Virus record (IMG/VR): IMGVR_UViG_3300028837_001424
Location: 1-64,000 of that record
DNA from: a virus
DNA: 64,000 nucleotides
Reading direction: 5' to 3' (one strand)
Below, piece after piece: positions 26,348-36,026 of this stretch. The position numbers and the translations under genes were made by a program. Position 1 is the first letter of the stretch, and the number at the start of each line of letters is the position of its first letter. Below the pieces are notes generated by a model that saw only the letters and a program-made list of their open reading frames with translations, was not told the origin of the DNA and made no database searches.

Positions 26348-28876
26348 ATGGCTAAAACTAAGGCGTCCTCAAAGAGGCCGCGTCCTCAAGAACCGAGAGG
26401 ACAGCGGGCTATTCAGCTTGTTCCATACTTAAATCGGATTATACCGTTCTGGGGCCATCCAGGCTATCTCTCAGGAATGCAGTGGAGAACATTGGTTAAA
26501 AATCAGCCGTTGGCCATAATTTACCGCGACACATTAATTTCGAATACAATTTCGTTGGATTGGTCAGTAAGATTGCGCGAACCTGAGGAGGTTTCTCCTG
26601 ATAAAAGACTAAGGTATAAAGAGGAGATTGATTATTACACTGAGCTTTTCAATGAAATGGAAGGCGGCTTTGATAATTATATATCCTTAATTCTGCAAGA
26701 TATGCTTGACCTACCTTTTGGTGGGATGTCTGAAATAGGCCGCTTGGACGACGATCCTAAAAAGCGTGTCGTATGGGTACAACACGTTGATGCAGCTAGC
26801 TTAATTCCTACCGGTAATCCCGAATGGCCAGTGATGCAAGCTGTTCCTGGTCTACCTTCAAAACCAGTTGTATTTCCAAGACGTGCTGTAAACCGCTGTT
26901 ACATGAATCCTCGACCTGAAATCAAACGTAAGGGTTGGGGCATGGCCCCTCCTGAAAAAGTATACCTTGCGATTGAGATGCTTTATCGAGGCGACAGATA
27001 TTATGCAAATCTATTGCTTGATACGCCAGAGGCAGGCATTCTTGACTTGCTTGATATGGAAGAAGAAGACGCTAAAGATTGGATAGAAAGTGCGCGAGAA
27101 TTGTTTGGCGGTATTGGTGGCTGGAAAGTTCCCGTCTTATATGAACATGAAAAAGCGGCACAATGGATTCCATTCACACGCCCTCCTAGCGATATGCTGT
27201 ACGACGAAACCACCATGAAATATGCGCAGGTCTTAGCTGCAGGATATGGGCTTCGGTTAAGCGATATTGGAATGGCCGAGCTAAAGGGCGAAAAGACGCT
27301 GGCTGGCGTAATTAGAGGCGAGCGCCAGAGTAGACGTACAGGCTATGGTACAGTACGCAAGAAATTACGCAATCATTTAAATCGCATATTGCCCCCTCAC
27401 CTTATGCTTGTATGGGAAGAAAAGGACGAAGAAGCTAAGACAGAACAAGCCAGGGCATTATCAACTTATGGTCTTGCGTTAGGTCAACTGAAACGCGACG
27501 GTCTTTTATCTCCAGAGGAGGCACGTTCCGAGTTAGTATCAACGGGCTTATTGGAGGTCGAGATTGATCCTCAGGAAGTACCCGAACCTGAGATGCCGAT
27601 GGGAATGCCTGGTCATGGCATGTTTGAAAAGCCAGGCGAAAAGACTGATAAGCGGAAGCCCTTTGGTAAAACAACCGATGAAGACAGAGGACGTGTAAAG
27701 GACGAGGAGAAGGGCAAAGTCTCACCGACCAAGGGTGGTAGAGGCGGCTTAGGATCATTCTTAAAGCGACAATTTGGTAAGAGAGAGGCCGAAACCATTA
27801 AGCCTAAAATTGCACCAGATCAAGTTATAGAACGGATGAAACAAGTTGTTCAGCCTGGGATTGCAGCTATACCAGAAAAAGCCGAACCACCGAGACTTAG
27901 AAGGCTCATAAAAGTTATCACGCGTGCCATGGTTCCCATGCTACAAAAAACCTTTGGCGTTATTGATGATGATGCTATAGAGCGTGTTTGGCTGCCTGAG
28001 ATGCAGGCATTAGAATTTGATCTGCCCAGCGAACTTGACAGTCTAGTTATTCGACAAACCACTCAAGAATTGCGCGATATGCTAGACGAGCATCTTGATG
28101 ACGATCCGTGGTGGAAAACGGCTACAGCTTGGGAGAAGTCCGAGATCCTAGCCATATTCAGGGCGTCTTACGAAGCCGGTCTTGAGGATATGGCACTTAA
28201 TATGGTCCGAAGTCTTTATGAAGAAGGGCTTGCCTCAGTACCTACGCTAGCACCAACGATAGACTTTGATCTTGTAGATCATAAAGTTATTCGAGCATTG
28301 GAACATAAGGCCGCCGAAATGGTGACTCATGTAGATGAAGGAACTAAATATTTCCTAAAGCGCATTGTTGTGGCAGGCGTTCGGCGCGGTTTATCACGGC
28401 AGAAGATGGCCGCCGCAATTCGAGACGGGCAAAGTGCGGAGCGAATTCTACGTGATGAAGGCTTTATGGATGATGTGATTGATCAGATTATGAATGGTCT
28501 GATCGAGATGACTGAGAAGCGCGCAATGTCAATTGTGAATACCGAAGTAAAAGGCGCGCTTGTTGCTGGGCAATTAGAGCAAATCAAGCGTACTGGATTG
28601 ACAAAGAAAGGATGGCGGCACTTCGGCGAACGCGGAGTAACCGCGGCTGGCAACGTGCATCCTTGTCCAGTTTGTGTAAGAAATGAGGAGTTGGGTTTTG
28701 TGCCGTTTGAATATCTTTATGAGACGGTCTTCAAGCGTGGTGGCCCTCAGGGCGACGGAAAAGCTCCAGGCCCACCAGCACATCCTAATGTCTGCCACTG
28801 TTCCATTGTTTTCGACGAGGCTGAGCTATTCGCTACAGTCAAGAAGGGCGAGTTTGCACCCTGGCTTGGCGGATAA
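26348..28876 (+). CDS. Portal protein fused to a MuF/gp7-like head morphogenesis domain
   Basis: Lies after terL; portal-like GWGMAPPE region; C-terminal RAMSIVNTE...CPVC...PPAHPNVCHC MuF signature. Confidence 0.82.
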   Translation: MAKTKASSKRPRPQEPRGQRAIQLVPYLNRIIPFWGHPGYLSGMQWRTLVKNQPLAIIYRDTLISNTISLDWSVRLREPEEVSPDKRLRYKEEIDYYTELFNEMEGGFDNYISLILQDMLDLPFGGMSEIGRLDDDPKKRVVWVQHVDAASLIPTGNPEWPVMQAVPGLPSKPVVFPRRAVNRCYMNPRPEIKRKGWGMAPPEKVYLAIEMLYRGDRYYANLLLDTPEAGILDLLDMEEEDAKDWIESARELFGGIGGWKVPVLYEHEKAAQWIPFTRPPSDMLYDETTMKYAQVLAAGYGLRLSDIGMAELKGEKTLAGVIRGERQSRRTGYGTVRKKLRNHLNRILPPHLMLVWEEKDEEAKTEQARALSTYGLALGQLKRDGLLSPEEARSELVSTGLLEVEIDPQEVPEPEMPMGMPGHGMFEKPGEKTDKRKPFGKTTDEDRGRVKDEEKGKVSPTKGGRGGLGSFLKRQFGKREAETIKPKIAPDQVIERMKQVVQPGIAAIPEKAEPPRLRRLIKVITRAMVPMLQKTFGVIDDDAIERVWLPEMQALEFDLPSELDSLVIRQTTQELRDMLDEHLDDDPWWKTATAWEKSEILAIFRASYEAGLEDMALNMVRSLYEEGLASVPTLAPTIDFDLVDHKVIRALEHKAAEMVTHVDEGTKYFLKRIVVAGVRRGLSRQKMAAAIRDGQSAERILRDEGFMDDVIDQIMNGLIEMTEKRAMSIVNTEVKGALVAGQLEQIKRTGLTKKGWRHFGERGVTAAGNVHPCPVCVRNEELGFVPFEYLYETVFKRGGPQGDGKAPGPPAHPNVCHCSIVFDEAELFATVKKGEFAPWLGG

Positions 28877-28906
28877 TGCGGGGAAATAACCAACGGGAGG
28901 TTAGAA

Positions 28907-29575
28907 GTGAGCGAGAAAGAATTAGAAAAGGTTGAAGAGGAGGCACCTCTAGACCGCGACCAGGTTGACCGACAGCGCCTAATGAATTACACGGTAAAGG
29001 ATCTCAAAACCATTGCCGAAAATCTTGGCGCGGAAAGCGCAACAAGAAAGGCGGACCTGGTAAATAACATTTTGGCGAAAGCTAAATACCAAGAACAGAG
29101 TGAGACCGTAGAACCAGCATCGGAAGAGGTCGAAGAATCCAAAGAGCCTAATCCAATAGCCGTTGAAGATGGCGGCGATGTGTCTGCGCCGAGCATAAAG
29201 CACTTCATGGCAACTGCCGGTATTTCAAGCAGAATGGACCAGGGCGTTTATGACTGGCACGACTTGGATGCTAAGATCTCAAGTTGGTTCCAGCGGGGAT
29301 ATAATCCCGTCGAGTTTCAAGCTGTCGGGACGATACCGGAAGGACATCGATTGCTCTATGTTTTTCAAAAGAGCGACGAGCCGTTGTTCAAGGAAGCACA
29401 TCATGTTGTGCGAGTGCTTACGGCACGCCCTAATCCTGCGATTGGATCAATTTCGGGCTTCCAAGCCGACATCTATATTGGCTCGTTTCTAGATGATGGC
29501 TGGACACTTGTAGGGGCGCGATACAACGGCAATGCCGAAGATGGCATCTATATGGCTTGGTTGCTTGCGAAATGA
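28907..29575 (+). CDS. Hypothetical protein with a Rho-N/HeH-like N-terminal motif
   Basis: TVKDLKTIAENLG...RKADLVNNIL. Confidence 0.6.
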   Translation: MSEKELEKVEEEAPLDRDQVDRQRLMNYTVKDLKTIAENLGAESATRKADLVNNILAKAKYQEQSETVEPASEEVEESKEPNPIAVEDGGDVSAPSIKHFMATAGISSRMDQGVYDWHDLDAKISSWFQRGYNPVEFQAVGTIPEGHRLLYVFQKSDEPLFKEAHHVVRVLTARPNPAIGSISGFQADIYIGSFLDDGWTLVGARYNGNAEDGIYMAWLLAK

Positions 29576-29871
29576 AATGGATTGCCCTTGTAATCACCGG
29601 AAGGTTGGTTATCTGGGTACTCCAAACTAACGGCCTTACCAAACCGATATTGGAAAAACATCCTAAGCTCAAAGAGCTTGTAGGATGTGAGTTTTGCCTA
29701 GGCTGCTGGGTCTTTATGGCTTTATCGTGGGCATTAAAGGCTAATATCTTAGAGCCGGTTTATGTGCCTGGCCTTTGTGAATTTGTGACTGGAATCACAA
29801 TCTCATTTGCTGTGTACCTGGGCCGGCTCGGTTGGAATGACCGGTTTGGAGTAATCGAGTTTGACAACTAA
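29572..29871 (+). CDS. DUF1360-like membrane protein
   Basis: ELVGCEFCLGCWV with flanking TM segments. Confidence 0.55.
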   Translation: MKWIALVITGRLVIWVLQTNGLTKPILEKHPKLKELVGCEFCLGCWVFMALSWALKANILEPVYVPGLCEFVTGITISFAVYLGRLGWNDRFGVIEFDN

Positions 29872-32011
29872 CCTAATAGTTCCTGATCTTGAGAAAAAAC
29901 TAGTCGATATGTTGACTAGGGATTACCCCGCGCCTCACTGTGGGAATCCTGGGGAAATTGGGGGCTCAAAACCGCGTGAAGAGTGCGATGGTGGTAAACG
30001 TATAGCAGAAGTTACCCATCGATACTCTATGATGTTTCCAGGCATGAAGGGCGAGATCATAAAAGAATGGACTGATCCAAACGATAATAAATGGTATCGT
30101 TTAGATTTCGGAGAAAATCAAACTGGCCAAAGATTAAGATCTAATATTCCCGCTAATTCAGCAAGGGTTATTGAAGAAGATCCAGAAAAAGAGTTATCAT
30201 ACGTCTTGGAAGAAATCGATGCAATTACGGACATAGGCCAAAAGCGTTTTGATGAAGCCAAGGATGAGACCATAAAGATGTTACATCCTGCAGGAATTGA
30301 TTGGCTTGAGCGGGATGAATTAGATAGACTTCAAGCTTTGCTAATGAAGCTGCCTGCCCTAGAGCATGAGATCATGGGAAGCCCACAAGAGCGCGTACGC
30401 ATTAAAAGACAGTTACGTAAGCTTGGTATCGAATTTGATCCAAAAGCACCGCTAAGCGATTTGGCGGAAGCTTTGGGGGCTACTCAGAGGTTCATTTTCC
30501 GTGATTATCCTGGTGACGGTCACCTTATTACTCGCGAAGACCTTCTAAGCATTCTGCGTGGCGACCTCCTGTTAAAAGGGGAACTACGCAGAGTAGTCAG
30601 CCTGGAAAATGGACCATTCCTCATAACTGCCGATTATCCTGATCCGCATTGTGGCCTTGAGGGAACACATGGCGGCTCGCGCTCGCGTGAAGAATGCGCT
30701 ACTAATACCGAAGGGCTTGATATTAGGCCTGGGAAGTTTGCGGCAGAGGGGAAGTGGGCGGTCTTCGAAGAAGACAAGATGGCCACCAACTATCATGACA
30801 CGCAAGAAGAGGCTGCGGAAGAATATCATCGCTCTAAAAAGATGAAAAAGACTGGTCAAGCAGCCGCGGATAAACGCAAGGAACTTATTTCCATAATGAT
30901 CGACGCTGGTAGTTTCACAGAAGAACAGCTTATGGAATTCACTGGTGGACACAAAGAGAAAACCCATAAATACGCCTGGGCTGATATTCAAGATTTAGGA
31001 TTGCGATGGACCGATGCGAAGAATGTATTGGAAAAGATCAAGCCAATTGGTCTTAGCGAAGGCGGCTATCGAATCTATGACATGGAAAGGGTTATACAAG
31101 AAGCACTTGACTTTATGGGTGTTGTTGAGCGAGCAGTTGTTGAGCGCAAAGGATTACTTGCTAGTGTCCGTCGCTCACTTGAGAACTTGGTTGAAAAAGT
31201 ATTATCGGTAGCTAGAGTCGGCGAAGGGCCAGGATACCACGATCCTCACGTTGGATTGCCTGGTGTCCATGGGGGATCTCGCCCTAGGGGCGAAGGCGAG
31301 GCTGCACCGATCTATACCGAACCAGGCCAACAGCAAGCGAATGTGCTTGAGAGTCTACCAGAGGATTTAAAGAAGGTTATCAAAGCTGGTAAATTCGATG
31401 AGGAAACCACTCGTCGTATTCTAGAAAGCTCAGAAAAAAGCATCGAACAAGCAAGCGAGCAGGAAACGCGCACCAGTCCGATGATACAAAGATTGGCACA
31501 GCAGACCGGTGCGCAAATCGAGGGATTTGATTATAGGATAAAAGGGAGAGATTCATTAGCTCGCAAGATTGCAACCGACATGGTTGAAAAGAATCTAAGT
31601 CTGGAAGAGGCCACATCTGATGTTTATGATGCCGTGCGCTATACCATGGTTTTTGATAACGAGGAATTTGCAGATAGAGTAGGCGGTGTCCAGGATAGTT
31701 TACAAGAACAAGGTTGGAGTCAATATGATCTAGCGTGGAAAAACTACTTTCCGGCTGGCGACAATTATGATGGTTACAATACGGTTATGGAAAACCCCGA
31801 TACTGGAGAACGCTTTGAGCTTCAATTTCATACGCCCGAAACATGGCAGCACAAAATGGACACACATGGTCTCTATGAGGAATTGCGAGTTCTTCCGAGG
31901 GATAGTACACGTAGGCTTGAGGTTTGGAATCAAATGGTAGAGGGTGCCGCCGCAATAACAAGACCAGATGGCTGGGATAGATTAAGGGGCCAGCAGGTAA
32001 TAAGGCAATGA
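29861..32011 (+). CDS. Modular effector polyprotein with C-terminal Apk2-like RelA/SpoT (SAS) toxin domain
   Basis: Three tag repeats; C-terminal YRIKGRDSLARKI...DAVRYT...YDGYNT...FELQFHT...HGLYE. Confidence 0.8.
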   Translation: MTTNLIVPDLEKKLVDMLTRDYPAPHCGNPGEIGGSKPREECDGGKRIAEVTHRYSMMFPGMKGEIIKEWTDPNDNKWYRLDFGENQTGQRLRSNIPANSARVIEEDPEKELSYVLEEIDAITDIGQKRFDEAKDETIKMLHPAGIDWLERDELDRLQALLMKLPALEHEIMGSPQERVRIKRQLRKLGIEFDPKAPLSDLAEALGATQRFIFRDYPGDGHLITREDLLSILRGDLLLKGELRRVVSLENGPFLITADYPDPHCGLEGTHGGSRSREECATNTEGLDIRPGKFAAEGKWAVFEEDKMATNYHDTQEEAAEEYHRSKKMKKTGQAAADKRKELISIMIDAGSFTEEQLMEFTGGHKEKTHKYAWADIQDLGLRWTDAKNVLEKIKPIGLSEGGYRIYDMERVIQEALDFMGVVERAVVERKGLLASVRRSLENLVEKVLSVARVGEGPGYHDPHVGLPGVHGGSRPRGEGEAAPIYTEPGQQQANVLESLPEDLKKVIKAGKFDEETTRRILESSEKSIEQASEQETRTSPMIQRLAQQTGAQIEGFDYRIKGRDSLARKIATDMVEKNLSLEEATSDVYDAVRYTMVFDNEEFADRVGGVQDSLQEQGWSQYDLAWKNYFPAGDNYDGYNTVMENPDTGERFELQFHTPETWQHKMDTHGLYEELRVLPRDSTRRLEVWNQMVEGAAAITRPDGWDRLRGQQVIRQ

Positions 32012-33702
32012 GATACTTTGTCAGGATCAGGGATAATCCAAAGGCAAATAACTATATGCAGCTACTCTCGTTGCATCGTTTAGGTAAGCGCGGGAATATT
32101 CTCATTACCGAGCGTTGGGATCGAAACAAGAAAAACTGGGTTGATAATCTAAGTATGCTTTATCGTTTCAGCGGCATGGGTGGCGCAAATGATTTTAGAG
32201 AGATCGTAGAGCCTGAGGCTACTGCTTTGATCAAACAATGGTCCAAACCACCTACGATTAAAAGGCCCAAAGACAAAAGACGATGGGAAGATCGGCGTGC
32301 TAAGGAGTTTGAAAATGCAAAAGAAGAACAGCACAAATTAGCGCATCACGTTACTGGTCCTGCTAGTGTAGGACCAACATCATCCTATATTCAAAGTAGT
32401 GTTGTTGGCGCGCTTAGGAGAGTTGTTGAATTACAACCTCTTTATATCAATCTTCCAATAGACGAATCGCAGATTGAATTAAACAAACAACAAGCATTAG
32501 GCAAGCTTGATCCTACGGTGAAGTTGGAACCTGTTGACTTTGATAAACTACACATCACTTTAATATGGTCAGAAAACTGCTCTGACCAAGCTGTTATTCA
32601 AAGCATAAAAGAAGTTTCATGGCCAATGTCATTCAGTGTGCGGGTTAGTCGGTTGGAGGTACTGCAGTCTGATGATGGCTTGACATTAGTTTGGGCTGTT
32701 GATCCAGATCCCGCCCTTGTTAGGCTACAGACCGAGCTTTATAATGCCTTCAAAAATAACAACATAGGCCTTAGCGAGTACTCTGATCAACAGGTTTACA
32801 AACCGCATATTTCAATAGCATATAACTTAAGCCACATGCCATACGAATTACCATCGATAGAGCCATTTAAAATATCAATAGATAGAGTCAGGGTGACCCG
32901 CAAAGATTATCGCGAAACCATGTCAATTGATCTTGTTGGGAGAGACTATCCAGACCCTCATTGCGGATTAGCGGGCGAGCACGGAGGCTCTCGCCCGCGG
33001 GATGAGTGCGCACCCAAGGACGATGAGGGAAAACCAATATCGCGTATTGAGGCTACAAGTGATGCTCAACTTGACTCGGCAATAGAATCTGTTATGGATA
33101 CGTGGCACGATTATGAAGGAGCAAGGATTGCGCTAAGTTGCTTACACGAAGAAATTGCCGAAGAGGGCATAGGGGAAACCCATATATGGAAACGCGACGA
33201 TGATTTAATGGGCGTTATGAGTATTTCACAAGACGCAGCACCATTTACAATTGAGCAATTATCTTCGCTGGATGCCCCTGGACTTGAGGGCGATAAACTT
33301 ACTCAGGTTTTGTATATTGCAAGCAAAGAGCGAGGCATAGGGACAAGGATGATGCAATATGCGGTTGATATTGCAGCCGATAGAGGACATGGTTTATGGG
33401 TTTATTCTGAGCCGGAAGCCATGGGCTTCTACGAAAAGATTGGAATGAAAAGCGCTGTTGATTCTAATACAGGAGCGCCAACCAGATTTTATTACTTCAC
33501 AGACGAGGATGTTAAATCATTATCTTTGCCAACCGTCAAGAAAGCCTTACCCGAAGTCAAGCCTGAAGACGAGCCAGAAAGCGGTGCCTTCGCGTCGCCG
33601 CCTCCTAAAATTGATTCATCAAAAAAGGCCGAATCTAAGGTAGCCAAAAAAGAACGACGTAAGAAAAGCAAAAAGAAACGTAAACGAAAGGCGCGTAAGT
33701 GA
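32008..33702 (+). CDS. Polyprotein: IapK-like immunity domain + 2H phosphoesterase + tag + GNAT + basic tail
   Basis: N-terminal RYF..L.RL..ERWD..KKNWVD..DFREI.E.EA; HITL and HISI 2H motifs; RGIGTRMM...AMGFYEKIGM; KKERRKKSKKKRKRKARK. Confidence 0.75.
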   Translation: MRYFVRIRDNPKANNYMQLLSLHRLGKRGNILITERWDRNKKNWVDNLSMLYRFSGMGGANDFREIVEPEATALIKQWSKPPTIKRPKDKRRWEDRRAKEFENAKEEQHKLAHHVTGPASVGPTSSYIQSSVVGALRRVVELQPLYINLPIDESQIELNKQQALGKLDPTVKLEPVDFDKLHITLIWSENCSDQAVIQSIKEVSWPMSFSVRVSRLEVLQSDDGLTLVWAVDPDPALVRLQTELYNAFKNNNIGLSEYSDQQVYKPHISIAYNLSHMPYELPSIEPFKISIDRVRVTRKDYRETMSIDLVGRDYPDPHCGLAGEHGGSRPRDECAPKDDEGKPISRIEATSDAQLDSAIESVMDTWHDYEGARIALSCLHEEIAEEGIGETHIWKRDDDLMGVMSISQDAAPFTIEQLSSLDAPGLEGDKLTQVLYIASKERGIGTRMMQYAVDIAADRGHGLWVYSEPEAMGFYEKIGMKSAVDSNTGAPTRFYYFTDEDVKSLSLPTVKKALPEVKPEDEPESGAFASPPPKIDSSKKAESKVAKKERRKKSKKKRKRKARK

Positions 33703-33721
33703 CAACCACAGGAGTTGAGGC

Positions 33722-34669
33722 ATGACCAAAATAGATGTTATGTTGAGCGTGTGGAAGCCTTGGAGCTTAGCACTGCCACCAAACAATATATCAATAAAAG
33801 ATCAGGTGAACACCGCCAAAGCTCTTGATGTGCGCGCCATAGCAATAAAGGGGACCAACCGCAATGTTATTTATGGTGCGAAGGAAAAAATGGCATGGCC
33901 ATACAACAAATACAGCAATGATCACATCGAGATCGAGGCCAAGGCACAAGGGCTTGAAGTGGATCTGTGGTGTTGGGTCGACTGCCGGCATCCTGCTATT
34001 CAAGCCGAAGCAGTAAAACAGGCGGTCGCCAGATGGAACCCACGCAACGTATTTATTGATTGTGAAGGCGGGATAGCCAAAACCTATGCTTACAACACAG
34101 GGGCCTTCCTGAGAAGCCTAGGGCGGCTTTATAGGCACAATGGCGAGGAGATAAAGGTTTGGCTACAGTCATATCGTCGGCCAATGTTGCACCCAGAAAT
34201 AGCTTGGCATAAATGGCTTACTTATGTTGGCCAAGATGGGCAATATCTGCTCGAAGGCATATCGCCACAAGCTTACTATGTGGGGACACAGGATAGCGTA
34301 AGTGACTACGCGGGCATGTTATCGGAATACGAAAAGATGGAAGCTAGGATTGGTCGAGTCTTGAATTGGCATGTAACCCTACCTGCGTATTACGAACACG
34401 GTTGGCAGCCTACCGCTGACAGTCTTGAGGCTGGTATTGATTTCCTTAGAGACGAATTAGAAGATCGATTGGTCGGTGTTAATTTCTTCCGACTAGGATG
34501 GTTGATGAACGATAAACTACTCGATGTTTGGTCAATGCTTCTTGGCTATGATTGGGGAGAGGAAGAGGAGCCAGAACCCGAACCGACGCCATTTGAACAG
34601 CGCCCCGAACCTGAACGATGGGTCATTGTGGGTGACGATTTTAGATCACGAGGCGTAATAAGTGACTAA
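33722..34669 (+). CDS. Putative glycoside hydrolase-like (TIM-barrel) protein, possible muralytic enzyme
   Basis: AKALDVRAIAIK...WCW...FIDCE...PQAYY pattern resembling GH25-like phage lysins. Confidence 0.45.
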   Translation: MTKIDVMLSVWKPWSLALPPNNISIKDQVNTAKALDVRAIAIKGTNRNVIYGAKEKMAWPYNKYSNDHIEIEAKAQGLEVDLWCWVDCRHPAIQAEAVKQAVARWNPRNVFIDCEGGIAKTYAYNTGAFLRSLGRLYRHNGEEIKVWLQSYRRPMLHPEIAWHKWLTYVGQDGQYLLEGISPQAYYVGTQDSVSDYAGMLSEYEKMEARIGRVLNWHVTLPAYYEHGWQPTADSLEAGIDFLRDELEDRLVGVNFFRLGWLMNDKLLDVWSMLLGYDWGEEEEPEPEPTPFEQRPEPERWVIVGDDFRSRGVISD

Positions 34670-34723
34670 GAGTGTCATTTGATTAGAAGAATGCAATTTC
34701 ACTAAAAGCACCATATTCAACGA

Positions 34724-35695
34724 GTGTTGAAAATACCTTATTTAGTGAAAATGGTTGTATCTGTGGAAATAAAGAAAGTTGTAATGGGGCCAATGAGAAG
34801 AGTGATTAAACAGAATGAGACTATGCCTATTGTTGTAGGTCTTCTTAGACGCGTTTTTACAAAAACCAAGCAGCTAAACTCCTTAGATTTGCCAGAATTT
34901 ATGGAGCGCGTTGGTAAAGGACCAGGATATCACGACCCTCATTGTGGGCCTCCTCCAGGCGTACATGGTGGCTCAAGACCGCGCGATGAATGTGCTGGGG
35001 AGGTGTCTGTTGAGACTGGCGAACAAATGGTTCAACCATCAATACAAGGGCCACGCGATTTCGGCGAGAATGTTCCAATAGGGGCAAAGTGGATGCCCAG
35101 AAGAGAATATCGGGCAATACAGGAACAGATAGAACATAACGCCATGGATTGGGGTGAGGAAAACTTTGATGAGTTTGTAGAATCGCTATCCGATGAAGAA
35201 ATTTTGGCAATGAGTTCTTATAGAGTACAAGCCTATGATCCCATCAATGATTATTTACGGAAAGGCAAACTCGATCCATACGCAATATATACAGAGGAAG
35301 AGGTTAGGGAATTAATACCCATGATCGAAGGCGTTTTGGATAAAACACAAATTCCTGAGGAAGTATATGCCTATAGAGCGATGCGGATGCCCGAATTTAA
35401 AGATCCAAAAGAGATGATAGGTGAGACATTTACTGATTTCGGCTTTGCCTCGACCACAATGGTGCCGCACATGACTCACGTTTGGATGGAACAACCATCC
35501 GAAACGCCCAGATTCGTTGCTAAGATTAGGATACCTCAAGGTACAAATGCGGCATATATCAGCCATATAACCCATAAAGATCAAAATTATTATCCCGAAG
35601 AGACCGAAATACTATTGCAACGCAATACTAGGTTTAGAATTTTGGGATTAAATAATGACGGGTCAATAGATATGGAGGTTATTGGTGAGGAATGA
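34724..35695 (+). CDS. Tag + VIP2-like ADP-ribosyltransferase (start uncertain, 34724-34823)
   Basis: INDYLRKG; AYR; DFGFASTT; IRIPQGT.AAYI; EETEILLQRNTRFRI (R-S-ExE). Confidence 0.85.
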   Translation: MLKIPYLVKMVVSVEIKKVVMGPMRRVIKQNETMPIVVGLLRRVFTKTKQLNSLDLPEFMERVGKGPGYHDPHCGPPPGVHGGSRPRDECAGEVSVETGEQMVQPSIQGPRDFGENVPIGAKWMPRREYRAIQEQIEHNAMDWGEENFDEFVESLSDEEILAMSSYRVQAYDPINDYLRKGKLDPYAIYTEEEVRELIPMIEGVLDKTQIPEEVYAYRAMRMPEFKDPKEMIGETFTDFGFASTTMVPHMTHVWMEQPSETPRFVAKIRIPQGTNAAYISHITHKDQNYYPEETEILLQRNTRFRILGLNNDGSIDMEVIGEE

Positions 35696-35873
35696 AATAG
35701 GCAAATTCACCTGGGACTTCGGCCTAGACCAAGACCAAGGCATAATGTTTGATAGTCAAAAGGCTAGTTTGAAGGAAGATAAACTAGCTCCTTGGGATGC
35801 CCAAGTAATATCACGCGCGGTTCAAGAAGTTGTTGATTCATTAGCGAACTTGCTTGGTATCGAAAAGAAATAA
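35682..35873 (+). CDS. Small protein coupled to the ART gene
   Basis: GGAGG RBS; overlaps the ART stop. Confidence 0.45.
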   Translation: MVRNEIGKFTWDFGLDQDQGIMFDSQKASLKEDKLAPWDAQVISRAVQEVVDSLANLLGIEKK

Positions 35874-35912
35874 ACCAGCCATTCTATACAAGAAACCCAT
35901 TTGCACTAAGCG

Positions 35913-35950
35913 ATGAGGCGACCCTTTTAGTGGGTCGCCTCATATTTGTT
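35913..35950 (+). terminator. Intrinsic terminator
   Basis: ATGAGGCGACCC/GGGTCGCCTCAT 12-bp stem followed by a T-rich tail. Confidence 0.7.
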
Positions 35951-35952
35951 AT

Positions 35953-35997
35953 ACGGTGCAAATGCTCTACCAAAGACTTATCTAATTGATTTATCAT
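35953..35997 (+). promoter_or_regulatory. Putative late promoter (second copy)
   Basis: ACGGTGCAAATGCTCTACCA-N18-TTATCAT. Confidence 0.6.
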
Positions 35998-36026
35998 GTA
36001 AACAGCCTAATACATGGGAGGTTACA

